A stretch of 64,000 nt of DNA, taken from the NCBI GenBank assembly GCA_951406725.2, contig OX597837.1:41168001-41232000 (forward strand). The letters run 5' to 3'. The position numbers and the translations under genes are program-made. A model generated the notes under the pieces. That model searched no databases. It was not told the origin of the DNA and saw nothing but the letters and a program-made list of their open reading frames with translations. This stretch comes from Octopus vulgaris. Lineage: Eukaryota. Every line of letters begins with the position of its first letter. The first letter of the stretch is position 1. Below are positions 1-14,338 of the stretch, piece by piece.

Positions 1-22
1 ATGTATAAATACATAACTACAT

Positions 23-57
<35 letters not shown>

Positions 58-469
58 ATAAATTTATATATTCAGAAACACATAATTGTATATATTGCGT
101 ATATATAATTATATTTTTTGACATTATACATAATTTTATATATAATAATATATACGTACGTATACATACAGACACACAATGACTCTGTGCGCGCGCGCGC
201 GCGTGTGTGTGTGTGCGTCTGTATTTATGGCTGTAACTATGTGCATGCGTGTGCGTGGGAATGCGCATTTAACGCGCGCGCGCGCGTGTGTGTGTGTGTT
301 TGCATGTGTGTGTATTCTTTCGACCCCGAAAGAATAAAAGACATAGTCGACCTCCGTGGAATTTGAACTCAGAACGTAAAGACGGCGTGCTAACGGTTCT
401 GCCAGCTCGCCGTCTTGTACAACAGTAGAAATATCCTTTCTTGAAAAGTACAACGCCTGAAACTGTGGT

Positions 470-650
470 GGTGGGGGGAAAATGGTCGGTTACATCGACC
501 CCAGTGTTTCGCTGGTACTTATTTTATGAATCCCTGAAGGATGAAAGGCAAGGTCGACCTCAGCGGAATTTGAACCTAGAAGGTGCAGACGTACGAAATA
601 CTGCTAAGCATTTTACCCGACGTGCTAACGATTCTGCCAGCTCGCCGCCT
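470..650 (-). mobile_element. SINE family M copy
   Basis: Reverse complement of ggcggcgagctggcagaatcgttagcacg...ggttcaaattccgctgaggtcgaccttgcctttcatcc. More than 15 related copies occur in the window. Confidence 0.8.
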
Positions 651-769
651 TTTTCAACAACGATAATATCAACAACAAAACGTACGACAACAACAGCAAC
701 CACAACAATTAAACAATAACATCGACAACCACAGCAGCAACAACAATAACAATAACAAGACCAAGAACC

Positions 770-1087
770 GGCACTCCGTCGGTTACGACGACGAGTTTCT
801 CAGTTGATCCGATCAACGGAATAACCTGCCCGTGAAATTGACATGCTAGTGACTGAGTATTCCTCAGACACGTGTGCCCTTAATTTAGTTCTCGGGGCGA
901 TTCAGCATGGACACAGAATGTGACAAGGCTTGTCCTTTGTATTACTGGTACTACTCATTTTTTGCCAGCTGAGTGGACTGGAGCAACGTGAAGTAAAGGG
1001 TCTTGCTCAAGGACACAACGTGTCGCTGGGAATTGAACAAATGACCTTGCGATCATGAGCCGAATGCCCTAACCACTAAGCCACGCG
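770..1087 (-). mobile_element. tRNA-derived SINE (head + middle B + tail 1)
   Basis: A/B-box-like head, middle gttgctccagtccactcagctggcaaaa, and tail ending gtcgtaaccgacggagtgcc shared with 59828-60216. Confidence 0.8.
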
Positions 1088-1644
1088 CCGTCACACGACA
1101 GGAACAGGAAGAAAAACGACAACAAAACAACGCCAGTAAAACAACAGAAACAACGGCTTAAAGAACAACAGAAAAAAACACACAACAGAAATAATGACAG
1201 CAACAACAATAACATCAACAATAGCAATAACGAAAACCAAGTGCAGAAACAATGATAGTAGCAACAACGGTTACAGCGAATAATAAACAACAGTTATGAC
1301 AAAAATTAATAACAACGAAATATGCAGCCGGTAACGTAACGATGTGAGATATTAATTGGCAGAATATTAATATCAACAACAACAACAGTAATTCGTAGAA
1401 TAAAAGAAACAGCAAGGGTGACGACAACAACAGTAAGAGCGGGGCTAGCAGCATTAGCAGCAGCAGCGCCGCCGCGCCACCACCACCACTAGCGCTACCT
1501 GTTTCAGGTACCAGTGAGAACATACTTTATTTGTTAAATTGTTTACATTCCAGAACTAAAGAACAATTGCGTGAATAATTTTCACGTTATTAAGCAACAT
1601 TGAGGTGGTTGTAACGCGAGAAAAAACAACAACAACAGCAGCTG

Positions 1645-2070
1645 TAGAGGCCCAATGGCCCAGTGGTTAGGGCAGCGGACTCGCGATCGGAGGATCACGG
1701 TTTCGATTCCCAGACCGGGCATTGTGTGTGTTTATTGTGCGAAAACACCTAAAGCTCCACGGGGCTCTGGCAGGGGGGGGGTGGCGATCCCTGTTGTACT
1801 CTTTCGCCCCAACGTTCTCTCACACTTTCTTCTTGTTTCTTATTTCCGACTTCCTACGCAACCACTGAGCCTGGATGCGCATTCATCCATCCGTCGATGC
1901 TCTCGATATCGGGGGTTGACCTGCTTTCTCTTCGATCGGTTCGGCAAAAGAGACCGATAGAATAATTACTAGGCTTACAAAGAATAAGTCCTGGGGTCGA
2001 TTTGCTCGACTAAAAAGATGGTGCTCCAGCATGGCCACAGTCAAATGACTGAAACAAGTAAAAGACTTAA
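1645..2070 (+). mobile_element. tRNA-derived SINE (head + middle A + tail 3)
   Basis: Head aatggcccagtggttagggcagcggactcgcg...ggtttcgattcccagacc; tail cggttcggcaaaagagaccgatag...gactgaaacaagtaaaaga. Confidence 0.8.
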
Positions 2071-3858
2071 GAGAGGATATATACACATATATAACGAATG
2101 GTATACACCTGGTAAATTATTGGTAAAGCACGATCACTTTCACAGTGATCGTTATGTATATGGCAAATGAAAGACGGAAGATATGTGTGTGTGTGTGTGT
2201 GTGTATGTGTGTGTGGTGTGTATGTGTGTGTGTGTGTGCGTGTGTGTGTGTAGGTATATGTATATCAATCCCAGTACATAACTGGTATTTTAATCAAAAC
2301 CGGTAAGATAAAAGACAATGTTTTAAGTTTAACACTCTAACTGGAATTCTGATAGTCTTCTCCATCTCCATTTCGATTCAGTCATTTCTCTGTTTACTTG
2401 TTTACTTCTTTCTTTATTTGAGACCCCCACTTGTGACAGTGTCCTAGGGTTGCCATCGTTACATCCGTAAACAATTCTTCTCCACTTGGCGAGGCTGCAT
2501 ACTGAAATGCAGGCTTGCGCCATTGATTTGCCTGTACATCCCTCGATGTTGCGCCATTGATTTGCCTGTACATCCCTCGATGTTGGCCGATCATCTTTCT
2601 AATACTTGGCGCCTCCCATTCTCTCCCTTTCTGTCATTATTTATACAATGGCCTTCGCAAAGCAACAAGGTTCTGTTAAATAACAGAGACAACTGCAGCA
2701 AAGGGGACAAAGTACTAATCCGAGCTAGGCAATTAGCAGATGTGATTTAAATCTGCTGAACGTAGAGGGCAGAGGCAGTTCAAACACGTTGGACATGATT
2801 CAGAACTGCAGAGCATACAGTAATGTTCAAAGGGAGATAATTACTACCCAACCAAAGGTAATGAGCTGGCAGAATCGTTAGAGCTTTTGAGAAAATGCTT
2901 AGCAACATTTTTTCTGGTGCTTTACATTCTGAGTTCAAATCCTGTCTAAGCCGACTTTTTCTTTAATTCCTCGAGGTCTGTAAAATAGCTACCTGTAGTG
3001 CAGTCAATGTAAATGACTCTCCCCCCAATCTCGAATCTGTTGGTTTTGTGTCAAAGTTTGAAGGAATTATTACCCTACAGTCATACGAGAGGAATATACA
3101 GTGCGGGAATCGAAACCGGGTCGTGAAATCAGTTTACGGAGAGACTGCTCGGAAAATTAAAGCGACAGAAGCATTATTAATACCAAAAGACGATATTTAT
3201 CCCCACTTAAACGCGATGTTCTGTTAGGACACAGAATACTACGTTTGTTACCACGAGAGAACCTTGCGGTGCATGTAAGCATTCGCGTTTATATCGCCAG
3301 CGGTAGACAATCACCGTCATCGCAGAAATAAAACATAAGAACAACAAGTCCATAAGGCAACTTCTATGAGGTCGCTCGACCTGCTTAAATTTTCCGCAAA
3401 TTGCAATATCCTGTCGCGGCTGCGACGACAATGCTACAAAAATGCTGTGTCGACCAAATTCGGTGTCATTTTACTTGGATAAACATCGATGCCGCGTTGA
3501 GGGGAGGCTTGCAGGTATAAGAGGAACTGTCTGAGGTTTCCTCAAAATCTTGTCCAAGTTTGCGTATACGTGTGTACAGGTACGGTAAACCTTGAGCGAC
3601 GGGGGCCCGATGTTTATCTGTGTACTTTACGAAGGAGTGTATATGTGTGTATATTACTCGACCCGATTTTGCTTACATATGTGTGTGTATGTTAGAGAGA
3701 GACACAGACAATCAGAGGGAAAGAGGTATGTGGTGTTCCTCGATAGAGTAATATTTATAACGGTAGCTATTGAACTATGAAATGACCAGTAAATGCATAT
3801 CTATTTATACATGCACACATACACGCACACACATACACAAACGTGTATGCATACATAC

Positions 3859-3908
<50 letters not shown>

Positions 3909-3909
3909 A

Positions 3910-4118
3910 TCGTAAGATTGTGGTTTCGATTCCTGGACCGGGTGACGGGTTGTTTTCTTGAGCAAAACACTTCATTTCACGTTGCTCCAGTCCACTCAGC
4001 TGGCAAAAATGAGTAACGCTGCGATGGACTGGTGTCCCGTCCAGCTGGGGAACACATACGCCAAAGAAACCAGGAAACCAGGCCCATAAACCTGGCTAGG
4101 CTTTAAAAGGGCGCATTT
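3910..4118 (+). mobile_element. tRNA-derived SINE (partial head + middle B + tail 2)
   Basis: ggtttcgattcc B-box, gttgctccagtccactcagctgg, ctgcgatggactggtgtcccgtccag, ending in (TTA)n. Confidence 0.75.
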
Positions 4119-4200
4119 ATTATTATTATTATTATTTTATACCTATATGTATCTGTGTGTGTATATATATATATATACACTTATACGTACTATATATATA

Positions 4201-4280
<80 letters not shown>

Positions 4281-4284
<4 letters not shown>

Positions 4285-4424
4285 AATTGCAGCGTGGAAG
4301 GTGTTTGTAAGCCATTTAAGAAACACACAAAAACCATTAGATTCACTCCAACATTTAAGTTTAATTTGTCAAAATATTTTCGTCGCTTTAAGACCGCGAC
4401 CTGTTCATTGGCAAAAATCCGTGC

Positions 4425-4428
<4 letters not shown>
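4281..4428 (-). mobile_element. Short (TA)n-embedded insert with decayed hammerhead
   Basis: tttgcca-aTGAAcA-g gtcgc ggtcttaaa gcgac-GAAA-atat-TT-tgacaaa; imperfect terminal inverted repeat tgcagcgtgga/tccgtgctgca. Confidence 0.5.
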
Positions 4429-4468
<40 letters not shown>

Positions 4469-5000
4469 TACATATGTGTGTGTGTGTGTGTGTGTACGTG
4501 CATACACACATACACACACACACACATACATACACTCACATGATAGATAGCACAGGTGTGGTGCATTATAGTGATATAGCGCTCGCTGCTAAAATATTCC
4601 CATCATACATCGACACAGTGTAGACCTGATGAGAGGTATTACAACAACAGACAACAAAATCCATTCAAACTAACACTTTATTAACACCGTCTCTTTGATT
4701 TCTGCTGAGGGCAACACCAGGCGTCTCTAAATGGCCTTTAAATTTACTAACAATAGCAGCCAAATCCCCATTAAATCACAATTGCTATTATATTAAATTA
4801 TGCAATACGAAGAATAGTAGTAGCCCAGAAACTAGTAATTCACTTAAAATGTCTGTACTATGACTTGTCTTGAGACAATGCCAGGAGTCTCTAACTGGTC
4901 TATACATATGCAAGAAATAGCAGCTAATCTACAAATTATATTTGCTATTACGTTAAATTTTGCAGTCCTACCTGCAGTAACCAAAGAATTAATATTGTTA

Positions 5001-5398
5001 GGCGGCGAGCTGGCAGAAACTTTAGCACGCCGGGCGAAATGCGTAGCCGTATTTCGTCTGCCGTTACGTTCTGAGTTCAAACTCTGCCGAGGTCGACTTT
5101 GCCTTTCATCCTTTCGGGGTCGATAAATTAAGTACCAGTTACGCACTGGGGTCGATGTAATCGACTTAATCCGTTTGTCTGTCCTTGTTTGTCCTCTCTG
5201 TGTTTAGCCCCTTGTGGGTAGTAAAGAAATAGAAATAGGTATTTCGTCTGCTGTTACGTTCTGAGTTCAAATTTCGACGTGGTCGACTTTACCTTTCTTT
5301 CATCCTTTCGGGGTCGATTAAATAAGTACCAGTTACGTACTGAGGTCGATGCAATAGACTTAATCCTTTGTTTAGCCCCTTGTGGGCAATAAAGGAAC
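5001..5398 (+). mobile_element. SINE family M, dimer
   Basis: Full head, then a second headless unit from 5238. Confidence 0.85.
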
Positions 5399-6724
5399 TA
5401 ATATTATGTTAGTGCTGCCTCTTCTCTGATTTCTGGTGAAACAAAACCAGGAGTTGGAGTCTCTACATGGTCTCTAAATCTTCTAGAAATGGCAGTTAAT
5501 TTTCAAGCAACGCAACCTACCTATAGCACTCAATGGTGTGGTTCGAAATGCTGTAGCTTAGGCGCACGAAACAAAAACACACAAAAAAAATAATAAAAAG
5601 ATAAAACCTCGTATGGGCACGACCGTATCAACCTTTGATTAGCAGGTCTGCTCTAGTAAGGCAGACCTGGGGTTAAACAACAATAACAACAACAACAGTA
5701 ACAACGACAACAACAAAAGCAACAACTACAACAACTACAACAGCACAACAGCAACAACAAAAACAATAACAACGACAGTAACAACAAGAATATCAAAAAC
5801 TAACAGAGACCATTACTACTACTACTACTATTACTACTACCACTACAACCACCACTACCACTACTACTATTACTACTACCACCACCACTACCACTACTAC
5901 TATTACTACTATCACCACCACCACAACGACCACTACTACTACAACTACTACAACTGCTGCTGCTGCTGGTGCTACTGCTTCTACTATCAGCACTACCCCA
6001 CCAATACTACCACCACCACCACCACTATAACTACTACTACCACCACCACCACTATAACTACTACTACCACCACCACCACCACCACCACTACTACCACTAC
6101 CACCGCCATCACCACCACCAACACCACCACCATTACTATCACCACTATCACCACTAAAACTACCACCACCACTTCCACCACCACCACCGCCACCACCACC
6201 ACTGCTACTACTATAACAATCTATTTAGGCGACAAGAGGATTTGATCTTTTAAATCTTGCGATTAAATATTCGTGTTTAACAATCTTTCGCCATCCACCG
6301 TCACCCATCTTCCTTTCGTCCCGATTGCTCTGAGTCAGCGACAATGTGTGTGTATGTGTGTGTATGTATGTGCGTATGTATGTGTGTATGTGTATATGTG
6401 TGTATGTGTGTGGACGTGTGTGGATGTGTGTATGTATGTGTATGCGTATTTATATGTGTGTATGTGTGTGTATCAGTATGTATGGTATGTATGTGTATGA
6501 GTATATGCGTGAGAGTGTGTGTGTTGGTATTGTATGTGTGTGCATATGTATGTGTGCGTATGTGTGCATCGCGTCCGTAAGTGTGTGTGTGTACGTGTGA
6601 GTGAATGAGTGTGTGTGGGAGTATGTGACTGTATGTATGTGCGTGAGTGCATGGAAGAATGTGTGTATGTATGTGTGTGTTTATATATGCGTGCATGAGT
6701 GTATTACAAGTGTATGTGAGAGAA

Positions 6725-6767
<43 letters not shown>

Positions 6768-7934
6768 GTGTACATGTATGTATGAATGTGTGTCTATATG
6801 TATGTGACGGTTATGTATGTATGAGTATGTGTTTGAGAGTTGGTGCGTGTCTATGTGTATGCGTGTGTATATGTACGCGCGCGCGCACTTCTCTTCCCCT
6901 TTCTCTCCCTTTTCTCTGACTCTCCTTTTTCCTCTCGTTCTCTCCTCATCCTCTTCTTCCTCATCTTTCTTCTCTCTCCTCATTTCGGATCAACAGAAAA
7001 TACTTCAACCCGATCCATCTTCTCTAGATCTACATCCTTCTTCTTATTCTTCATTTCCTCTTCCTCTCCCCCTCTCTCTCTTTCTTTTCTTCTTCTTCTT
7101 CTTCTTCTTCCTCCTCCTCCTCCTCCTCCTCCCACTCTCGCATCAGCCATTAAACTGTATCGATAGAAAAATGATTTGAACCTCATCCACTTATCTTTAT
7201 TTAACAAATCCGCCAGCACCACCACCACCACCACCCACCGCCGCCGCCGCATCCGTCGCCATCACCAACACCACCACCACCAGCGCCACCACCAACATCA
7301 TGACCAACACCAGACGCCCCGCCCCCCCTTACACACACACACACGCACACGCGCACACATACATACACACCTTCGCCAAACCTCCGCCTCCGCCACGTCT
7401 AGCGGAGCATGAAATGACAGCGGAGGCTGTCTCACCCTGTTCACATTAACTAATAAACACACACACACACACACGCACACACACGCACACGCACACGCAC
7501 GCGCACGCACACGCGCGCACGCAACAACATAAAGCCCCCCCCCCCGCCTTTTCCCGCACAACCGTTCCTTCCACAACACAACAGCCATATAATAGCTAAC
7601 ACTTAATAAAGCCCTTAATCACTGTATTTAACACAACTGCAATTATATTTGATGTTTGAAACCGCATTAAAAATAATCAGAAACTACTTTTCATTAATTA
7701 AAATCGCTGTCAGCGCTTCATTTATAATTTAATTATCAATTAATCGCAATTCTCGGCGCCATTACATTGCTATTTGCAAATATTTCTCTTTGGGAAGTTG
7801 ATTACCGAACTCTCCTCTCCGACAATAGCCGAGGTTATAGTTCGGCTGACGATGTCGATAACGCCTGATGGTTTACAAATGCTCGAAGTTGTCTCCCTTG
7901 TGTGTATATTGTTCGGCCAAAACAATGGACTCGT

Positions 7935-8340
7935 TCTTTTAGTCTTTTACGTGTTTCAGTCATTTGACTGCAGCCATGGTGGGGCACCCGCCTTAAAAGG
8001 GGTTTTATAATAGAAAAAGTCGATCCCCCCAGGACTTATTCTTTGTAAGTCTAGTACATTTTGTATCGGTCTGTTTTGCTGAACCGCTACGTTGCTGGGA
8101 AGTAAACACACCAACATCGGTCATCAAGGACACACACACACACGGGTGTGCATGTGTGTGTGTGTATGTGTGTGTATGCATACGACATGCTTCTTTCAGT
8201 TTCCTTCTACGAAATCCACTCACATGGCTTTGGTCAGCCCGAGTTTATAGTAAAAGACACTTGCCTAAGGTGCAACGCAGTGAGACTGAACTCGGAACCA
8301 TGTGGTTAGTAAGCAAGCTACTAACCATGCAGCCACGCTA
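7935..8340 (-). mobile_element. SINE family V (internal microsatellite)
   Basis: Reverse complement similar to 59282-59680. Confidence 0.75.
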
Positions 8341-9365
8341 ATATTAACATAGAGTTAATTAACATCGGATATAATTTTTTAAATAATTTTTCAGTCACTG
8401 TCTTTAATTCTACCGACAGAATCGTTAACACACCGGACAAATTGCTTAGCGGCATTTCGTCCGTCTTTACTTTCTGAGTTCAAATGCCACGGAAGTCGAT
8501 CGACTTTGTCTTCAGTTCTTTCGGGTTCGATAAATCAAGTACCAGTTGAGTACTGAGGTCGATGTAATCGACTACCCCACTTCTCTGAACATGATGGCCT
8601 TGTGCCACAGTTTGAAATCCAATTCTACCGTGGAAACGCTTAACAATGTAACAGCTGGAAATATCGAAACTAAATTTTGGGTTTTCTATATAATCATTAT
8701 TATTGTTATGAAATACCACAAAGCATTTCGCCCATCGTGCTAACGTTTCTGCCAGCTCACCGTCTATTCCTATTCTTACTCATGTCTTTGCTCCTACAAA
8801 TTAACTTTTTACCTAATCGAATGAAATCAATATCTTTTTACAATGGTTTGTCATGAAATCGATTGCTTCTTGTTTTAACGCCTCGTAATAAACAAATATT
8901 TATCATTCGAGAAATATATCCGTATCTATATTAACAAACATAGTGGCGTGCGGTCGTCATGGTCGTTGGGGGTTATTATTACTGGTGATGTTGTTGTTGT
9001 CGGTGTTGTTGTTGGTCTTGGTGGCGGTGATGGTGATGGTGATGTTTAGCCCCAGGCGGGTTCTAAGTGGACCGTACTACCATCGAAGATTCTCAAGTCA
9101 GCACCGAACCATCTTATTATCAGAACACTGTATCTCTTCAGACTTTGTGTGATTATATTATCCGACAGATTCAAGGCGACGTGCTGGCAGAATGCTTAGC
9201 GGTACTTCGTCAGGCTTTACATACGCACTCATACATACACACATACATACATACATACATACACACATACATACATACATGCATACATACATACACACAC
9301 ACGCACATACATACATACATAGATACATACATACATATATATATATGTGTGTGTATGTATGTATG

Positions 9366-9415
<50 letters not shown>

Positions 9416-9889
9416 CTACCTTTTACTTGTTTCGGTCAATGGACGGCGGCCATGCTGGGGCACCCCCTTCAGAGGATTTAGTCGAATGAATCGGACTCAG
9501 TACTTATATGTTTTCAAACCTGGTTCTTATTCTGTCGGCCTATTTTGTCGACCCGATAGTTTACGGGGATGTAAACAAACCGACACCGGTCGTCAAGCAT
9601 TGACGTGGGTGACAAACATGAACACAAATACACACACACACACACACACACACATGCACACATATACACTCACACATACAAACGCATTTAGAGTGACAGG
9701 CCTCTTCTAACTTACGTGTACCAAATATATATGTATATATATATATGAATATATATATGTGTGTGTGTGTATGTATATGTATATGTATAACTACATGCAT
9801 GCTGTACATGTGTGTGTATATGTGTGTGTGTGTGTGTGATGTAAGGTATTGTTTTAGTATTTTCGCATAATCTTTTATCATGCATAAGT

Positions 9890-10850
9890 ATACTAAACAC
9901 CATACCGCCTCATAATTATGTCATCTACTTTTCTACCTGATATGAATTGAGCTGTATATAAAATACTGCCTTATAAACATAAAGCCATATACCATACTGC
10001 ATTATATAATTATGCTATGTGTACGCTTCTGCCTTACATTATTAAGTTATATGCCTCACTACTTTGAATCATCTTGCTATCATATACTTCATACTGTAAT
10101 AACGTAAGGTGTGATATACTGCCTTATGTCATGCCATGCAATATACAGTATAATTATATCTCATGGGGCAATTATACACCCTTATATTGGATATTGCCTT
10201 ACAACATTAACCCATATACCCTATACTGGATTGCCGTGAGTCTTTATGTAATATGACATATACCATACAGCCTTAATTGCCTTATTTCTTTATGCCATAT
10301 TGCATGAACGAGGTCGCTTTATATTTTTATAGGGCGTAAGGGATTTTTTTATACTCAGTATTGTCTTATATCTTTATGACATATATGCAATTGCCTTATA
10401 TCTTTGTGTCGTATAACATATACGAAATTATATAGAATCTTTATGCCGTATTCGGGAATTCCGCATATCTTTATTCCGTATATTATGCAATACACAGAAC
10501 TGCCTTATATATGCTATATATAAAATTGCCTTAAGTAATTAAGCCATATATCATGCAGGAAGTTACATCTTTATGCTATGCGCCATATACGGAATCAGCT
10601 TATTTTTTAATATCCTATACGGTATTGCCTTATCCGTTTATGCTATATAAGGAATTGCCTTATATTTTTTGCTATATTTTACAGTTAAGTGATTTCCTCA
10701 TATCCTTATGCTATAGACAATACATAGAAATGCTTTATATCTTTATGCCACACTTCATCTACGTGATCGCCTTATATTTTTATATCATATACCATACTAC
10801 GTTATATCATTAAGCCATATAACGTCAACTATACTGCTTTATATAAAAGA
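9890..10850. repeat. Degenerate ~30-bp minisatellite
   Basis: Recurrent (at)tgccttatatctttatgccatata(c) units over about 1 kb. Confidence 0.75.
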
Positions 10851-10892
10851 ACCACTATCTTACTGCTTTCTAACTTCCTGACATATACAATA

Positions 10893-11260
10893 TTCTTTTC
10901 TACTCTAGACACAAGGCCCGAAAACTTGGGGAAGGGCCAGTCGATTAGATTGACCTCAGTATGCAACAGGTGCTTAATTTATCGACTTCGAAAGGATAGA
11001 AGGCAAAGTCGACCTCAGCGGAATTTGAACTCAGAGTGTAAAGACAGACGAAATACCTATTTCTTTACTACCCACAAGGGGCTAAACATAGAGGGGACAG
11101 ACAAGGACAGACATAGGTATTAAGTCGATTACATCGACCCCAGTGCGTAACTGGTACTTATTTAATCGACCCCGAAAGGATGAAAGGCAAAGTCGACCTC
11201 AGTGGATTTTGAACTCAGAACGTAGCGGCAGACGAAAAACCGCTAAGCATTTCGCCCGGC
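10893..11260 (-). mobile_element. SINE family M, dimer with alternative tail
   Basis: Two tandem M units; the distal unit ends in gggccttgtgtctagagtagaaaagaat. Confidence 0.8.
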
Positions 11261-12220
11261 TAGCCTTAACATAAGGTCCATAAGTAAATATCAATACAAT
11301 ACCAAGTAGGGCAATATAGAATGCAGGCTGTGGGGATAATCAGGGTAAGGGTAAGGGGTCTGAGATAAAGACATACTGCCCCCCACCCCAATGTTTCGGG
11401 CTTTGTGTCTAGAGTAGAAAAGAATATGCCGTGTGTGTGTGTGTATTTGTGTGCATGTGTTTAAGGTTTATATGATTGTGTATAGTTGGCAATTATGTTA
11501 GAGCACAGGAAAATATGTGTTGTGCTATATATATGTTCTGACCTGTGCCCGGAGTTCAAATCCCGCCGAAGTCAAATTTTCTGAGAAGGTACCATCTCAG
11601 AGGCAGCGGGCTAAATTGGCAGAACTGTTTCGTTTATATATACCCGGCACTTAGCGTTCTGACAGCAACGTCTGTGGCGATTCTAGGGTCTAGTTATAGG
11701 GAACCAGTGGCCCATTGTGGATAAGGAAAATCTCCACATTACAAGAAAATTTTTGCTCAGGCCTGCGATTACGGGGCCATATAAATGGTAGCCCTGACGG
11801 ATAAGGCCACCCTGGACGTGTGTGTTTGTGTAATGTATGTGAATAATGTGCAATATGTGTGTGTGTGTGTGTGTGTAATATGCGTGTGTGTATGTATAAT
11901 ATGCATGTGTGTGTGCCATGTGTATGTTTAATGAATGTGTATGCGTGTAACGTGTTTGTAGTGCATGCTCTGTGTGTGTGTAATGTGTGTGTTTAATGTA
12001 CGTGTATATAAAGTGCGAGTGTGTGTGTAATGTGCAAATGTGTGTTTAATGTGCATGTGTCATGTGTATGTGTCATGTGGGTAACGTGTATGTAATGTGT
12101 GTATAATGTATGAGTGTGTGCGTGTGTGTGCATTTGTGTAGAGTGTGTGTGTTCGTGTAGTGTGTGTATTTGTGTAATGTGTGTGTATAAGCTGTGTTTG
12201 TGTAGTGTGTATGTATAAGC

Positions 12221-12252
<32 letters not shown>

Positions 12253-12672
12253 ACCTTACCGTAAACTAATAAACTCTCGCTCTTCCTATTTAGATGGAGA
12301 AATGGCTGCCATCGGCCGAGCAAATGTCCGTGAAAGAAGACAACTCGAAAGACTGACCTGTCCAAGCTAATATTTGTACACACCTCCACCTGGACACATC
12401 CACGCAGAACTAATCACAACACTAATTATATAAATATTTATATATATATATATGTGTATGTATATACATACACACATCAACACTAACACAGACACACACA
12501 CACGTATATACACACATATTATCATATATATTTATATATATATCCAGTTGGTGTGTATTCTACATCGGCTATCAATCTATATTTAATCAGGTGAGCTATT
12601 TGCTTTACAAAATTATTTGTGTATATTTATACTACCTGATCGATCACATCGACTTTCATATATGTATTATCT

Positions 12673-12706
<34 letters not shown>

Positions 12707-12907
12707 GTTGTAGAGACGCTGTTGGTCAACGCTGACTGACCAAACAAATCTATGACAGATACATTCCTACCATAATCACCCACAACGATTTTTTTTTTCC
12801 TTTTGTTTTTTATACTTATACATTCACTTATTTGCCATCATCATCATCATCATCATTATAATAATAATAATAATTATTATTATTATTATAATTATTATCA
12901 TTATTCA

Positions 12908-13510
12908 GGTGGCGAGCTGGCAGAAACGTTAGCACGCCGGGCGAAATGCTTTGCGGTATTTCGTCTGCCGCTACGTTCTGAGTTCAAATTCCGCCGAGGT
13001 CGACTTTGCCTTTCATCCTTTCGGGGTCGATTAAATAAGTACCAGTTACGCACTGGTGTCGATATAATCGACTTAATCCGTTTGTCAGTCCTCCCTCTGT
13101 TTAGCCTCTTGTGAGTAGTAAAAAAATAGGTATTTTGCCAGCCGTTACGTTCTGAGTTCAAATTCCGCCCAGGTCGACTTTGCTTTTCATCCTTTCGGGG
13201 TCGATTAAATAAGTGCCAGTTACACACTGGTGTCGATATAATCGACTTAATCCGTTTGTCTGTCCTTGTTTGTCCTCTCTGTGTTTAGCCCCTTGTGGGT
13301 AGTAAAGAAATAGGTATTTTGTCTGCCACTACGTTCTGAGTTCAAATTCCGCCGAGGTCGACTTTGCCTTTCATCCTTTCGGGATGAAATAAGTACCAGT
13401 CGATTAAATAAGTACCAGTTATGCACTGGGGTTGATATAATCGACTTAATCCGTTTGTCTGTCCTTGTTTGTCACCTGTCTGTTTAGTCCCTTGTGGGCA
13501 ATAAAGACAT
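12908..13510 (+). mobile_element. SINE family M, trimer
   Basis: Units at 12908, 13129 and 13313; only the first has the head. Confidence 0.88.
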
Positions 13511-13515
13511 TATTA

Positions 13516-13550
<35 letters not shown>

Positions 13551-14211
13551 GTTATTGCTAGTACTTATAGTAGTCGTAGTAGTAATAGTACTTGTAGACA
13601 AACATTATAGAACTTAGGAATAGTTTATGAAATTTCTCAACCGGTCGGCTGATAATATCATTCAGGCAAATTTAGCTGCTCTTTCTAGCTCCCTCACACA
13701 CCCTTTGCTTGATACTTCGTGCAGGCGCTCCGACCCTGTTGTCATAGACAATCTCGTTGCTATTGCAAAAGGCTTGCGTGCGAGTGATACGGGTTTTCTT
13801 TAATGTTCACTACTTAAGCAATCACTCGACCGTTCACTCTTACTAATTCATTCAGCTGATAATTATGGAGAGATACAGCGTTGTATGATCGTTAATTCCC
13901 ACCTGGTAAACACTAGTTATATATATATACATATTTATACACATATACATACATACATACATACATACATACATACATACATACATACATACATACATAC
14001 ATAGATACATAATAAAAATATATAATTCAAATTAACAGAAAAACAAAAGACGATATATATATATATAAGGATAAGATCGATATTTAAATACCGATCTTAT
14101 CAGGTGGCCAGCATGGGAATAAAAACACATTTGAAAGGTAATAATTATTTAAAATTATAATTTAGGCCATTTCCAGCGTGGACGTATCTCTTAGATACCC
14201 TAAATTATAAT

Positions 14212-14338
<127 letters not shown>

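Noticed and set aside
12908-13510. Regularly repeated units resembling a CRISPR array
   Set aside because: The units are ~185-bp SINE bodies without unique spacers, the context is eukaryotic, and there are no cas genes.
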